Notes under the pieces: model-generated
What the model was told of the DNA's origin: nothing
Database searches by the model: none
Seen by the model: only the letters and a program-made list of their open reading frames with translations
Made by a program: the position numbers and the translations under genes
Shown here: positions 1 through 8,305 of the stretch, in pieces
How positions within the stretch are numbered: the first letter of the stretch is position 1
Layout of the letters: the number at the start of each line of letters is the position of its first letter
Source: Pyrodictiaceae archaeon
GTDB lineage: Archaea; Thermoproteota; Thermoprotei_A; Sulfolobales; WAQK01
DNA: 57,931 nt
Assembly (NCBI GenBank): GCA_015520265.1
Contig: WAQK01000027.1
Span: forward strand, 1 to 57,931
Direction of reading: 5' to 3'

Positions 1-843
1 GCCAGGCCTGGTCAGCTTGGGCACTGTGAGGAGCACTATCTCGAGGGAGGAGACGAAGACCAGCATAGCTAACACGTGCTCCCTCCTCAGCCCAGGCATC
101 AGGAGCGGCAAGACCACCATGTAGACTACTGCCAGGCCCAGCGCGATGTACACTCCGCCCCACACCAGGCCCACTGCGCCGGTAACTATGCCTGCCAGCA
201 ATGCGTCACGGGGCCTCCCATACTTCACCACTCTGGCCAAGAACAAGGCCTGGAGTATGAGGAGGGGTGTTGCGAACCCCTGCTTCTCCACGAAGCCCAC
301 CGTGGTTCTGTCCGTGGCGGCAGGTATTGTTGCCACCAAGAAGGCTGTTGCTATACCCCCCAGCTCTCCCGTGAGTTCGCGGCCCAGGAAATACGCGGCT
401 ACCACTGCCAACGCGCCAGCCAGCACGGGTTGCAGAGCCACCCAGCTCTTAAGGCTGAGCCCGAAGACGCCGGCTATCGGGTAGGTCAGGGCGGCTATCC
501 AAGGGATGCCTGGGTACTCGCTATAGGTGAAGTCCCTGCCCCACGGGTACCAGAAGAGGTGGGTGTCCGGGTTGCCCGGGGAGAGGCCGAACCATGAGGT
601 GAAGCCGTTCCTGTAAACATAGTCGGTTAACCAGTACTCGATCCAGGGGTCATTGGCCCTGAGCTCCACTCGCCCCGTTTCGACCGCTGGCAACACTCTG
701 AGATATATGCCGACTACGACCGCCAACGCCACCAGGGCGGCCGCCACTATCTTCCTGCGCCTGTAGAGGCCCTCGAGGGTTTCCACGAATTCCTCGCCAA
801 GGGACTTGCCACCAGAGGTTCTGGAAGCCCTTTTCCTAGCCAA
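1..843 (-). CDS. aglB: Oligosaccharyltransferase AglB/STT3 family, N-terminal membrane portion (gene continues past the left edge of the window)
   Basis: Absent from the supplied ORF track because it runs off the edge. My own minus-strand translation is open from 843 to 1 and is bounded by an in-frame TAA at 849-847. It reads LARKRASRTSGGKSLGEEFVETLEGLYRRRKIVAAALVALAVVVGIYLRVLPAVETGRVELRANDPWIEYWLTDYVYRNGF..HLFWYPWGRDFTYSEYPGIPWIAALTYPIAGVFG.. The layout is a basic N-terminus, TM1, then an external loop with a DPW-x-x-Y motif resembling STT3 'DPWFNYR', then several TM helices. Start is TTG 843 or GTG 786. Confidence 0.6.
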   Translation of the reverse strand, partial: MARKRASRTSGGKSLGEEFVETLEGLYRRRKIVAAALVALAVVVGIYLRVLPAVETGRVELRANDPWIEYWLTDYVYRNGFTSWFGLSPGNPDTHLFWYPWGRDFTYSEYPGIPWIAALTYPIAGVFGLSLKSWVALQPVLAGALAVVAAYFLGRELTGELGGIATAFLVATIPAATDRTTVGFVEKQGFATPLLILQALFLARVVKYGRPRDALLAGIVTGAVGLVWGGVYIALGLAVVYMVVLPLLMPGLRREHVLAMLVFVSSLEIVLLTVPKLTRPG

Positions 844-891
844 GCCTTATCTCCCCGAATCGCTTAGCCTGGTATGGTTATATCGTTTCCG

Positions 892-1608
892 TTACGGCTC
901 CACCGTGAAGTGTATCCTCCTATTGTTGCGCCCCTTGTTCTCCAGCTTGGTGAATACTAGCCTCCCCACCTCACCGGTCCTGGCGACGTGGGGTCCTCCA
1001 TCAGCCTGTACGTCCACGCCCGGTATCTCGACGATCCTGAGGGTCTCCACCTGAGGCGGGAGCCTGGAGGCCAGCTTCACAATGCCGGGAATCTTCATCG
1101 CCTCTTCTCGGGGCAGATAGTATATCCTGACCTCCAGGTTCCTGGCCAGGATCTCGTTGGCCCTCCTGAAAGCCTCCTCAACCAGACTCCTGTCGGGCTT
1201 CTCCAGGTTCACGTCCACCCTAGCTCTCTCGGGGTATATCTGGTTCCCGGTCACCAGGACCCCGGCCATCTGGTTTAACACAGCTATGAGTACGTGGAGC
1301 CCCGTGTGGATCCTCATGACCCTGTACCTGCGGTCCCAGTCTATCACCCCGTGGACCCGGTCGCCCTTCGATAAGCCGTGCCCCGGTGCGCGGTGGTAGA
1401 CCAAGCCGGTCTCCCTGTCCTTCCTTACCTCCTCGACCCTCCACTCGCCCTCTGGCGTGCGCAGGATCCCCGTGTCGGAGGGGAGGCCGCCACCTATAGG
1501 GTAGAAGGCCGTCTGGTCAAGGGCGACCCACTCGTCTCTAGTAGAGACGACTCTGGCGTCAAACTCTTTGAGGTACGAGTTGTCCATATAGAGCAGCTTG
1601 GTCTCCAT
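892..1608 (-). CDS. alaX: Alanyl-tRNA editing protein AlaX (AlaX-M type)
   Basis: 238 aa. Contains 'LDQTAFYPIGGGLPSDTG' and the zinc/editing motifs 'HTGLHVL' (HxxxH) and 'DGGPHV' typical of AlaRS editing-domain paralogues. A TATA-like element lies about 30 nt upstream. Confidence 0.85.
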   Translation of the reverse strand: METKLLYMDNSYLKEFDARVVSTRDEWVALDQTAFYPIGGGLPSDTGILRTPEGEWRVEEVRKDRETGLVYHRAPGHGLSKGDRVHGVIDWDRRYRVMRIHTGLHVLIAVLNQMAGVLVTGNQIYPERARVDVNLEKPDRSLVEEAFRRANEILARNLEVRIYYLPREEAMKIPGIVKLASRLPPQVETLRIVEIPGVDVQADGGPHVARTGEVGRLVFTKLENKGRNNRRIHFTVEP

Positions 1609-1634
1609 GTCTCTCTCCAGCCATGATCAGATCC

Positions 1635-1696
1635 CTATAAATGATAAAAACCTATGCGGAAGTCCCAGAATATTTCATACCAACCTATATTTATGG
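1635..1696. promoter_or_regulatory. Divergent promoter region (alaX leftwards, Lrp-like gene rightwards)
   Basis: AT-rich 118-nt gap. 'ctataaa' at 1635-1641 reads TTTATAG on the minus strand, about 30 nt from the alaX ATG at 1608. 'tatattta' around 1686-1693 is about 35 nt from the GTG at 1726. This spacing fits archaeal TATA boxes and short or leaderless mRNAs. Confidence 0.45.
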
Positions 1697-1725
1697 CTTC
1701 ATATATTATCCATATTCGGTGAAAA

Positions 1726-2358
1726 GTGCTGGAGAGGGAGAAGACTGTTCCACGGGGCATCGTGGCGCTCGACGAGAAGGACCGGAAAATACTTGTCACC
1801 CTGATGGAGGACCCTGAGGCCTCCCAGCAGAGGGTTGCCCAGAGCCTGAAGATCTCGCAGCCCACGGTGAGCCTCAGGCTCAGAAAGCTGAAGAATATGG
1901 GGCTCCTCCGTCACTGGTACGGCATAAGCCTCAGGGACTCCGGCCTCTATCTGGCAAAGGTGGACGTTGCCACCAGGGACGTCTCCCTCCTCGAGTGCTT
2001 CCGGTTCTGCCCCTACTTCCTCAACGGCTTCATAACCAGTGGTAAGCATAACGTGGTACTGTTCTTCGTCTCCGAGGATCTCCGGACACTCGAGGCAATC
2101 ATAGATGGTCATATAAGGTCTATACCTGAGGTGGACGATATAGAGTTCAGCATAGTGATAACCCCCCTCAAGGAGCTGATACACCCCCTAAACATAACCC
2201 ACATAGAAGACAAGGAGAAATCGGAGCTGTGCAAGAAGATGTGCCCAGCCATGACCAAGGGCTGCGACCACTGCTACTACTACCGCGAGGGGCGCTGCGC
2301 TGGCTGCCCGCTCACCGAGTGGTACCGTGGCACGCTGTGGAGGGGGCTGAAGAAGTAG
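1726..2358 (+). CDS. Lrp/AsnC-family transcriptional regulator with an extra Cys-rich C-terminal tail
   Basis: 210 aa, GTG start. HTH_AsnC-like 'LDEKDRKILVTLMEDPEASQQRVAQSLKISQPTVSLRLRKLKNMGLL', then a RAM-like middle domain, then a tail with six Cys in 27 residues (CKKMCPAMTKGCDHCYYYREGRCAGC). Confidence 0.7.
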   Translation: MLEREKTVPRGIVALDEKDRKILVTLMEDPEASQQRVAQSLKISQPTVSLRLRKLKNMGLLRHWYGISLRDSGLYLAKVDVATRDVSLLECFRFCPYFLNGFITSGKHNVVLFFVSEDLRTLEAIIDGHIRSIPEVDDIEFSIVITPLKELIHPLNITHIEDKEKSELCKKMCPAMTKGCDHCYYYREGRCAGCPLTEWYRGTLWRGLKK

Positions 2359-2406
2359 TATTACTCTGCGTTAGTAATAAATAATACCATGATCCAGTAA
2401 TACTGG
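2359..2406. promoter_or_regulatory. Candidate operator/terminator: three copies of AGTAATA/TATTACT arranged as two inverted repeats over the cbiM promoter
   Basis: TATTACT (2359-2365), a 7-nt spacer, then AGTAATA (2373-2379). Next comes the AT-rich 'taataaataata', then CCAGTA-A-TACTGG (2394-2406), 9 nt before the cbiM TTG start at 2415. Confidence 0.4.
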
Positions 2407-2414
2407 GTGGCGGG

Positions 2415-3035
2415 TTGCACATACCCGACGGCTTCCTAGACCCCTACATGTCGGCTGCAACCTATGCTGCCTTCCTGGGATATACTGCCTACTCGCTCCG
2501 AAGGATCGGCGGAGCCCTAGATCCCTCCAGGGCGTCCCTGGTGACCGTACTCGCTGCAGGGATCTTTGCGGCACAGATGCTGAACTGGCCTATACCCGGC
2601 GGCACAAGCCTCCACTTCGTGGGCGGGGGCCTGGCCGGAATACTCCTCGGCCCCTACCTGGGCTTCCTAGCGATGTTCATGGTGCTCCTGGTTCAAACAC
2701 TAGTGTTCCACGACGGCGGCATAACAGCCCTAGGCGCCAATATGCTCAATATGGGCATCGTAGCTGTGCTCGCTGGCCACTATGTGTATAGGGGCCTAAG
2801 AACCCGGCTAGGGGATTTTGCCGCAGCCTTTCTGGGCGGCTGGCTCAGCATAACCCTGGCAGGCCTGGCCGCGGGCCTAGAGATAGGGTTCTCACCATCC
2901 TTCGGCTACTACATCGACGTCACGGTGCCTGTGATGACCATGTGGCATGCGGTTCTAGGCGTGATTGAGGGTCTGGCTACAGCCCTGATTGTTGTCAGAG
3001 TTAAAGCGGTTCTCCCCGAGGTGATGGAGGATTGA
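2415..3035 (+). CDS. cbiM: ECF-type cobalt/nickel transporter substrate-capture component CbiM/NikM
   Basis: 206 aa, TTG start. Begins MHIPDGFLD, the conserved N-terminal metal-ligand motif of CbiM/NikM. Polytopic membrane protein at the head of an M-N-Q-O gene string. Confidence 0.85.
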   Translation: MHIPDGFLDPYMSAATYAAFLGYTAYSLRRIGGALDPSRASLVTVLAAGIFAAQMLNWPIPGGTSLHFVGGGLAGILLGPYLGFLAMFMVLLVQTLVFHDGGITALGANMLNMGIVAVLAGHYVYRGLRTRLGDFAAAFLGGWLSITLAGLAAGLEIGFSPSFGYYIDVTVPVMTMWHAVLGVIEGLATALIVVRVKAVLPEVMED

Positions 3036-3331
3036 TGGAGCCTCTAGCCAGGTATAGGAGGGCTCTCCTGATAATAGTGGCCCTGGTGCTGGTCAGCCCG
3101 GTTTTCGGCGTGATACTGGCCGAGATGGTGGGCTACCATGAGCCCCTAGACGTGGCCGCCGAGCTTGTAGGGCTGCCCGATAAGTCCGAGGAGCTTAACT
3201 GGACCCCCTTCTTCGACTACACGGTGCCAGGGCTTCCCGACACAGTTGGCTACATTGTTGCAGGCTTCATAGGCATCGCTGCCATCCTGGCCCTGGGCGC
3301 CGTTCTCCAAAGGGTCGCTGCCCGTAGGTGA
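3032..3331 (+). CDS. Small membrane component of the Co/Ni ECF transporter (CbiN/NikN-like, PDGLE-type)
   Basis: 99 aa. Two hydrophobic helices flank a loop with 'HEPLDVAAE', which resembles the PDGLE motif. It overlaps both cbiM and cbiQ by 4 nt. Confidence 0.55.
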   Translation: MMEPLARYRRALLIIVALVLVSPVFGVILAEMVGYHEPLDVAAELVGLPDKSEELNWTPFFDYTVPGLPDTVGYIVAGFIGIAAILALGAVLQRVAARR

Positions 3332-4071
3332 TGAATGAGTTGATGGAAAAGCTACTTGAAGGACTGGCTGACGCGCTTGACGGTCTAACCAGTATATCCA
3401 AGCCCCGGGCCCGGCCAGTAGCTATACTTGTCTCCTCTGTCCTCTCAGCAGCGGTTCTGGCATTCTCCTCCAGCACCTACACCTTGGCGGCGGGCCTGGC
3501 CCTTCTCCCCGTCTACACGCGGATAGTGGGTTCAGGAGTTGGTAGGGTGGTACGCGCGCTTGTAGCGGTCTCCATATTCTCCGTTGCTCTCGTTCTCCCC
3601 CTGGCCGCCTTAGGCGGCTTCTCAGCATCCCTGGTGATAGTGGTGGCCAGGGCTGGCTTGGCTGCGTCCTATGTCGCGGCAGGGTTCTCGGGTATGGGGG
3701 TAAACGGGCTGGCTGCAGCGCTTTCCCGGCTCCGTTTACCGCATAGCCTTATAGGTGTCCTGCTTCTATTCATGAGGTTCGCACCAACCTATGCAAGGGA
3801 GCTCTCCAGGATGCTATTAGCAAGGAGTTCGAGGATCTATAGGGCCCCAAGCCTCCGGCAGAGGTGGAGGCTCCTGGGCGACGCCGCTGGCGACCTCCTT
3901 GTGAGGGGCTATAGCCATGCGTGGAGGCTTAGCCTGGCCCTCGCCGCGAGGGGGCTTAACCCTCATCCCGGCATAATTCACGGAGTCGACGGGAGCGGGA
4001 GGGCGAGCATATTATATCTGGTGCCCGCCCTACTCCTTGCCGTAGAGGTGTACTCATCGCTATGGCCTTGA
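3328..4071 (+). CDS. cbiQ: ECF transporter transmembrane T component CbiQ
   Basis: 247-aa polytopic membrane protein in the T-component position. 'LALAARGLNP' resembles the Ala-Arg-Gly coupling motif of ECF T components. Confidence 0.7.
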   Translation: MMNELMEKLLEGLADALDGLTSISKPRARPVAILVSSVLSAAVLAFSSSTYTLAAGLALLPVYTRIVGSGVGRVVRALVAVSIFSVALVLPLAALGGFSASLVIVVARAGLAASYVAAGFSGMGVNGLAAALSRLRLPHSLIGVLLLFMRFAPTYARELSRMLLARSSRIYRAPSLRQRWRLLGDAAGDLLVRGYSHAWRLSLALAARGLNPHPGIIHGVDGSGRASILYLVPALLLAVEVYSSLWP

Positions 4072-4865
4072 TAAGGGCTGTAGATGTAGAGTACCGCTAT
4101 CCGGACGGGACCATCGCGCTTCGGGGCGTGAGCCTGGAGGCCGGGCGGGGGGAAAAGGTCGTAATATTGGGGCCAAACGGGTCGGGGAAGACCACTCTTC
4201 TCCTGGTGCTGGCAGGGCTCCTAGAGCCCGTCCGTGGTGAGGTCCTGCTGGATGGGAAGCCCCTTAAAAACCAGCTACCCGACGCCAGGAGGAGGATCGG
4301 CGTGCTCTTCCAGGACCCTGAAGACCAGCTATTGGCCCTAACAGTCGGCGACGACATTGCTCTAGGCCCCCGGCAGCTGGGCCTAAGTGATGCCGAGGTG
4401 GAGGAGAGGGTGCGGCGGGTCGCCGAGACCCTGGGCATAGGGGGCCTCCTCGACAAGTCTCCCCACAAGCTCAGCGGCGGCGAGAAGAAGTTGGCCGCTC
4501 TGGCAGGCATATTGGCTGCAGAGCCGGAGGTACTGATCCTCGACGAGCCCACTACGGGCCTCTCTCCCTCCAGGAAGAGGGTGGTGGAGAAAGTTATAGT
4601 GGAAGCGGCTAGGAGGGGTGCATCAGTCATACTTGCCACCCACGACGTAGCCTCAGCCTACAACCTTATGGACAAGGTGTATATTCTCAACAGTGGATGT
4701 GTGGTGGCCAGCGGCGGGCGCGAGCTGCTGCTCGACGAGGAGCTGCTTAGATCAAACGACCTGGAGCAACCCCTCATCCTCCGCCTATACTCGGTTCTCG
4801 TGGGAGGAGATCTGCCGGGCAGCTTGGAGGAGGCTGCCCGTAGGGTGGCTGAAAGGCTGAGGTAG
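4062..4865 (+). CDS. cbiO: ECF transporter ATP-binding component CbiO
   Basis: 267 aa. Walker A GPNGSGKTT, ABC signature LSGGEKK, Walker B LILDEP. Overlaps cbiQ by 10 nt. Confidence 0.85.
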   Translation: MALIRAVDVEYRYPDGTIALRGVSLEAGRGEKVVILGPNGSGKTTLLLVLAGLLEPVRGEVLLDGKPLKNQLPDARRRIGVLFQDPEDQLLALTVGDDIALGPRQLGLSDAEVEERVRRVAETLGIGGLLDKSPHKLSGGEKKLAALAGILAAEPEVLILDEPTTGLSPSRKRVVEKVIVEAARRGASVILATHDVASAYNLMDKVYILNSGCVVASGGRELLLDEELLRSNDLEQPLILRLYSVLVGGDLPGSLEEAARRVAERLR

Positions 4866-4903
4866 CGCGGAATCATTTTAACCCGCGTCCCGGATCCCTT
4901 GGC

Positions 4904-5803
4904 GTGGAGTCGCCCATGGCCGCGTTCCGCGTGGTTGCTTGCAGCAACTCCTACCTTTTGGCCTCCAGGCTTGCTGAGAAGCTTGGAGCACCCCTAATCC
5001 CCGTGGAGAGGCGGTGGTTCCCGGATGGCGAACTCTATCTCAGGATCCGCGGCGAGCCCGGCCGCGACGCGGTTGTTGTCCAGAGCCTGTGGCCCAGGCC
5101 CAGCGAGGCGCTGCTGGAACTCCTAATGGTTGCTGGTACGCTGAGGGAGAAAGGTGTGGATAGATTGGTGGCAGTAGTTCCCTACATGGCCTACATGAGG
5201 CAGGACTCAGAGTTCAACCCGGGCGAGGTGGTCAGTGCCAGGCGCGTGGCAACTCTGCTCGACGCGGCTGGCTTCGACCTCATAGTTACCGTAGATATGC
5301 ATCTCCACAGGTTCTCGTCGCCAGCCGAGCTCTTCAAGACACCCGTGGCTAACCTGACGGCCGCTCCTCTCCTCGCCAGGGAGGCCCTCATGATGGGGGC
5401 CGAGAATCCTGTTATTGTTGGTCCAGACGAGGAGGCCGAACAGTGGGCACGTGCAGCGGCGGAGGCCGTGGGCACCGAGTACACGGTGTTCGAGAAGCAC
5501 AGAATTTCCCCTGACGAGGTCGAGGTCAGGCCCCGGGATCCCGGCGTGGTGAAGGGCAGGGACGCCGTCATAGTTGACGACATTATAAGCACAGGCGGCA
5601 CGGTGGCCCGGGCGGCTAGGAGGCTCTTGGAGGCTGGTGCGAGGAGGGTGTATGTAGCGGTGACCCATGCACTCCTGGTCCAGGGTGCGCTGGCCAAGAT
5701 ACACTCCAGCGGCGTCGCCAGCCTGTACGCTACAGACACTGTGGAGACGCCCTTCTCCACGGTAACAGTGTCGGGGATGCTGGCAGAGAAACTCGGAGGC
5801 TAG
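4904..5803 (+). CDS. prs: Ribose-phosphate pyrophosphokinase
   Basis: 299 aa. Contains 'FPDGELYLRI' and the PRPP-binding loop 'VIVDDIISTGGT'. GTG at 4904, with an alternative ATG at 4916. Confidence 0.85.
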   Translation: MESPMAAFRVVACSNSYLLASRLAEKLGAPLIPVERRWFPDGELYLRIRGEPGRDAVVVQSLWPRPSEALLELLMVAGTLREKGVDRLVAVVPYMAYMRQDSEFNPGEVVSARRVATLLDAAGFDLIVTVDMHLHRFSSPAELFKTPVANLTAAPLLAREALMMGAENPVIVGPDEEAEQWARAAAEAVGTEYTVFEKHRISPDEVEVRPRDPGVVKGRDAVIVDDIISTGGTVARAARRLLEAGARRVYVAVTHALLVQGALAKIHSSGVASLYATDTVETPFSTVTVSGMLAEKLGG

Positions 5804-5824
5804 GCCCAGCCTTCCAGGCTTAGG

Positions 5825-6040
5825 CTATCCGCCTGACGCTGCCAGAAGTACTGTGTACTCCCCCTCCTCTACCACCTCATCCTCGGGCACCGGCGAGCCC
5901 TCTCTAAGCACGACGACGCCTGAGACGGCTAGGCCCAGCCTGGCCACAATGTCGGCCACACGGCTACCCCTGGCCAGCTCCAGCTCCTCGACCCTGCCGC
6001 CGGGCAGCACCCTCACCCGCACCTTCACGGAGCCCGTCAC
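5825..6040 (-). CDS. ThiS/MoaD-family ubiquitin-like sulfur carrier (TtuB/SAMP-like) with C-terminal Gly-Gly
   Basis: 71 aa, beta-grasp sized. Ends ...LLAASGG then stop. Lies 4 nt downstream of ttuA on the same strand. Confidence 0.6.
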   Translation of the reverse strand: MTGSVKVRVRVLPGGRVEELELARGSRVADIVARLGLAVSGVVVLREGSPVPEDEVVEEGEYTVLLAASGG

Positions 6041-6043
6041 TGA

Positions 6044-7003
6044 CTACCCCCTCAAGCTACTGGTTGCTACTCTATTTTTACCTGACTCGACCAGTCGTAG
6101 CCTGATCCTGCAGAAGGAGCAGGTCTTGCCGCTGGCGGGCATGCCGCACACCATGCACGTCTGTGTCTCCACCTCAGCTGGCCGCGTTATACGTGGCAGT
6201 AGGTTGGAAACTATATTCGTATACATCATCCTCCTGAACTCCGGTACACTGTCCTCCAGCGCCTCCAGCATTGCGGAGAGCTTGGGCCGCAGACCGTCGC
6301 TGGGCGCGTGAGGGCAGTTCTCATGGTGGAAGGGAGCGCCCAGGACCACCACGTAGGTTAGCGTCTCCTTTCCCGAGACAAGTGCTAGGGGCCTGATCCG
6401 GGACACGAGTCTGCCGGCCCTCTCGGTTCGAGGAGCTAGCTTGACGAGGTCGTCAACCCTGCCCTGAGCTATGCTCATCAGGGTGAAGAGGGAGAGGTCG
6501 TCCAGATTGTGGCCCGTGGCCACGGCGTCTGCACTCACCTCGAGGGCCACGCTGTTCATGATGTACCTCTTCACTATCCCGCAGACGCTGCATGTGGGGC
6601 GCCTTACCAGTTTCCTCCGCCTCGACGCCTCATCTATGGTGAACCCGTACTCCTTGGACAGCCTCACCACCCTATACTCCACACCCAGTGCCTCGAAGTT
6701 CTGTTTAGCCGCCTCCACCTGGGGGGAGCTGTAGCCTTCTATCCCCAGGTCTATGGTCAGCCCTACAAGCTCCACACGGTCCCCGTAGAGCCTGTGGAGG
6801 GCGTGGAGGAGAGCGACGCTGTCCTTCCCGCCGGAGACGGCGACGAGGAGCCTCTCCACGCCGCGGAGGAGCTTATACTTCTCCACAGTCCTGGCCACTC
6901 TACGCTCGAAGTGTTCCGCATAGTGCTTGGCGCATAGGTACCGCCTGCCAGGCGCCGCCCTGGCTACGGCTCTTTCACCACAGATGGTGCATCGGCGCAG
7001 CAT
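6044..7003 (-). CDS. ttuA: tRNA 2-thiolation PP-loop ATPase, TtuA/Ncs6(NcsA) family
   Basis: 319 aa. N-terminal zinc finger CTICG..CAKH, PP-loop SGGKDS, central 'CSVCG' plus 'HENCPH' as candidate Fe-S ligands, and a C-terminal zinc finger CMVCG..CSFC. Confidence 0.7.
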   Translation of the reverse strand: MLRRCTICGERAVARAAPGRRYLCAKHYAEHFERRVARTVEKYKLLRGVERLLVAVSGGKDSVALLHALHRLYGDRVELVGLTIDLGIEGYSSPQVEAAKQNFEALGVEYRVVRLSKEYGFTIDEASRRRKLVRRPTCSVCGIVKRYIMNSVALEVSADAVATGHNLDDLSLFTLMSIAQGRVDDLVKLAPRTERAGRLVSRIRPLALVSGKETLTYVVVLGAPFHHENCPHAPSDGLRPKLSAMLEALEDSVPEFRRMMYTNIVSNLLPRITRPAEVETQTCMVCGMPASGKTCSFCRIRLRLVESGKNRVATSSLRG

Positions 7004-7060
7004 AACTCATCGAGGACAAGACGTGTGTGGGAGAGGTAAAAGTTTTCCCGGGGTGGGCGT

Positions 7061-8200
7061 CTATTTCAGGATCCTGGACGCCTCCCTCGCATAGTCTATG
7101 GCCAGATCGGCGATTCCGCCGTGGATCCCGTGGGTTATGAATAATATTCCGCTGACCTCCTCCAGCGCCGCAAGGGCTTCGGTTAGCTTCTTCATGTACT
7201 CGACGTTGTAGCTCCAGATGTTACCGTCGACCTCGTTCCTCTTCAGACCCTCTCGGTAGTCTTCGGGTATCTCGACGCCCACCCTCTCGGCCAGGTAGAC
7301 GGCGTGCCTGTAGGACTTTAGGGGCGCCAGGCTCGCGATGAAGGGGGTCTCGACGCCCCTCTCCCTAGCCGCATGGACCAGCCGTAGGAATGCGTTGACC
7401 GTGTATATCGGCTGGGTAATCACGAACTCGGCGCCAGCCCGCTGCTTCTTTAGCAGCCTGAGGACCTCGAGTTCCAACGGGTCGAAGTAGGGGTTCGCCA
7501 CCACGCCTACGTGGAAGAAGGGTTCGCCGGAGAGCCTCCGGCCGAGGTGGTCCACGTGGAGATCCGTGATGAGCCTCGCAAGGTAGACAAGTCTGGCCGA
7601 GTCCAGGTCGAAGACCGGGTGGATGCCCCACCGGTTGTCGCCGTGGAGCAGGGGCCAGTCCCCGGTTGAGACGATCACGTTGCCCACGCCGAGCCCCGCT
7701 ACCGCTAGGAGCCAGGAGACCAGGGCAGACCTGCTGCGGTCTCTACACGTGACGTGGACTGCTGTCTCGACTCCCAGCATGAACCTGGCAACAGCGGCAG
7801 GCGCCAGGGGATCGGTGCCTGAGGCTCCCAGGGGGCTGTCGGTCATTGTCACCGCGTCGAAGCCAGCCTCGGTGACCCTCCTAATAGTGTCCGCCACGCC
7901 GTCCAGCGAGCCCTCGGGGCTCAGCTCGACCTCGTAGATGAGGGGCTTCATGTCACCCACTATCATCTTCATAAGTGTGCTTCGGGGCTCCCTGGGCCCC
8001 GGCTCGTGGTCGACCACCTGGAACCCTGCGTCCAGGAGAGGGTATTCGAAAATGTGGGTTCGCTGCCTCTCCAGGGCTTTGATGTAGGCTTCTACCCATA
8101 CGCATCTCCTGTCGTCGACCTCGCAGATGCCTCGGCTTCCGCCGCCGCAGGGGCCGTTGAGCATTCGCTTGGGGCAGCCGTACTTGGGCAACCTATACAT
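7061..8200 (-). CDS. metF: Methylenetetrahydrofolate reductase-like protein with a fused N-terminal MetV-type zinc-ribbon domain
   Basis: 379 aa. The N-terminal 'CPKRMLNGPCGG..C..C' matches the MetV / MTHFR_C-type motif. It is followed by a TIM-barrel MTHFR-like region ('AVHVTCRDRSR', 'NVIVSTGD'). Confidence 0.65.
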   Translation of the reverse strand: MYRLPKYGCPKRMLNGPCGGGSRGICEVDDRRCVWVEAYIKALERQRTHIFEYPLLDAGFQVVDHEPGPREPRSTLMKMIVGDMKPLIYEVELSPEGSLDGVADTIRRVTEAGFDAVTMTDSPLGASGTDPLAPAAVARFMLGVETAVHVTCRDRSRSALVSWLLAVAGLGVGNVIVSTGDWPLLHGDNRWGIHPVFDLDSARLVYLARLITDLHVDHLGRRLSGEPFFHVGVVANPYFDPLELEVLRLLKKQRAGAEFVITQPIYTVNAFLRLVHAARERGVETPFIASLAPLKSYRHAVYLAERVGVEIPEDYREGLKRNEVDGNIWSYNVEYMKKLTEALAALEEVSGILFITHGIHGGIADLAIDYAREASRILK

Positions 8201-8305
8201 TTCCCTGCCTCTCCTCGAAGCGTGGATATAACTTCATTGAAATTTATATATTAACCACATAATTATAACATGGCGGTTAAGGGTAGAATACCCTAGAGAT
8301 GCGCA

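Noticed and set aside
76-597. A 173-aa plus-strand ORF (and the 146-484 ORF) at the left edge.
   Set aside because: It is His/Gln/Cys/Gly-rich with no motif. It lies antisense to a continuous minus-strand reading frame (1-843) that translates into a convincing STT3/AglB N-terminus. This is a typical high-GC shadow ORF.
2359-2414. A cobalamin riboswitch or other leader RNA upstream of cbiM.
   Set aside because: The gap is only 56 nt, far too short for a B12 riboswitch, and riboswitches are rare in Crenarchaeota. The repeats look like protein-binding half-sites or a terminator hairpin instead.
4097-4639. A 180-aa minus-strand ORF inside cbiO.
   Set aside because: It is Ser/Arg/Pro-rich and low in complexity, and it lies antisense to an ABC ATPase with intact Walker and signature motifs.
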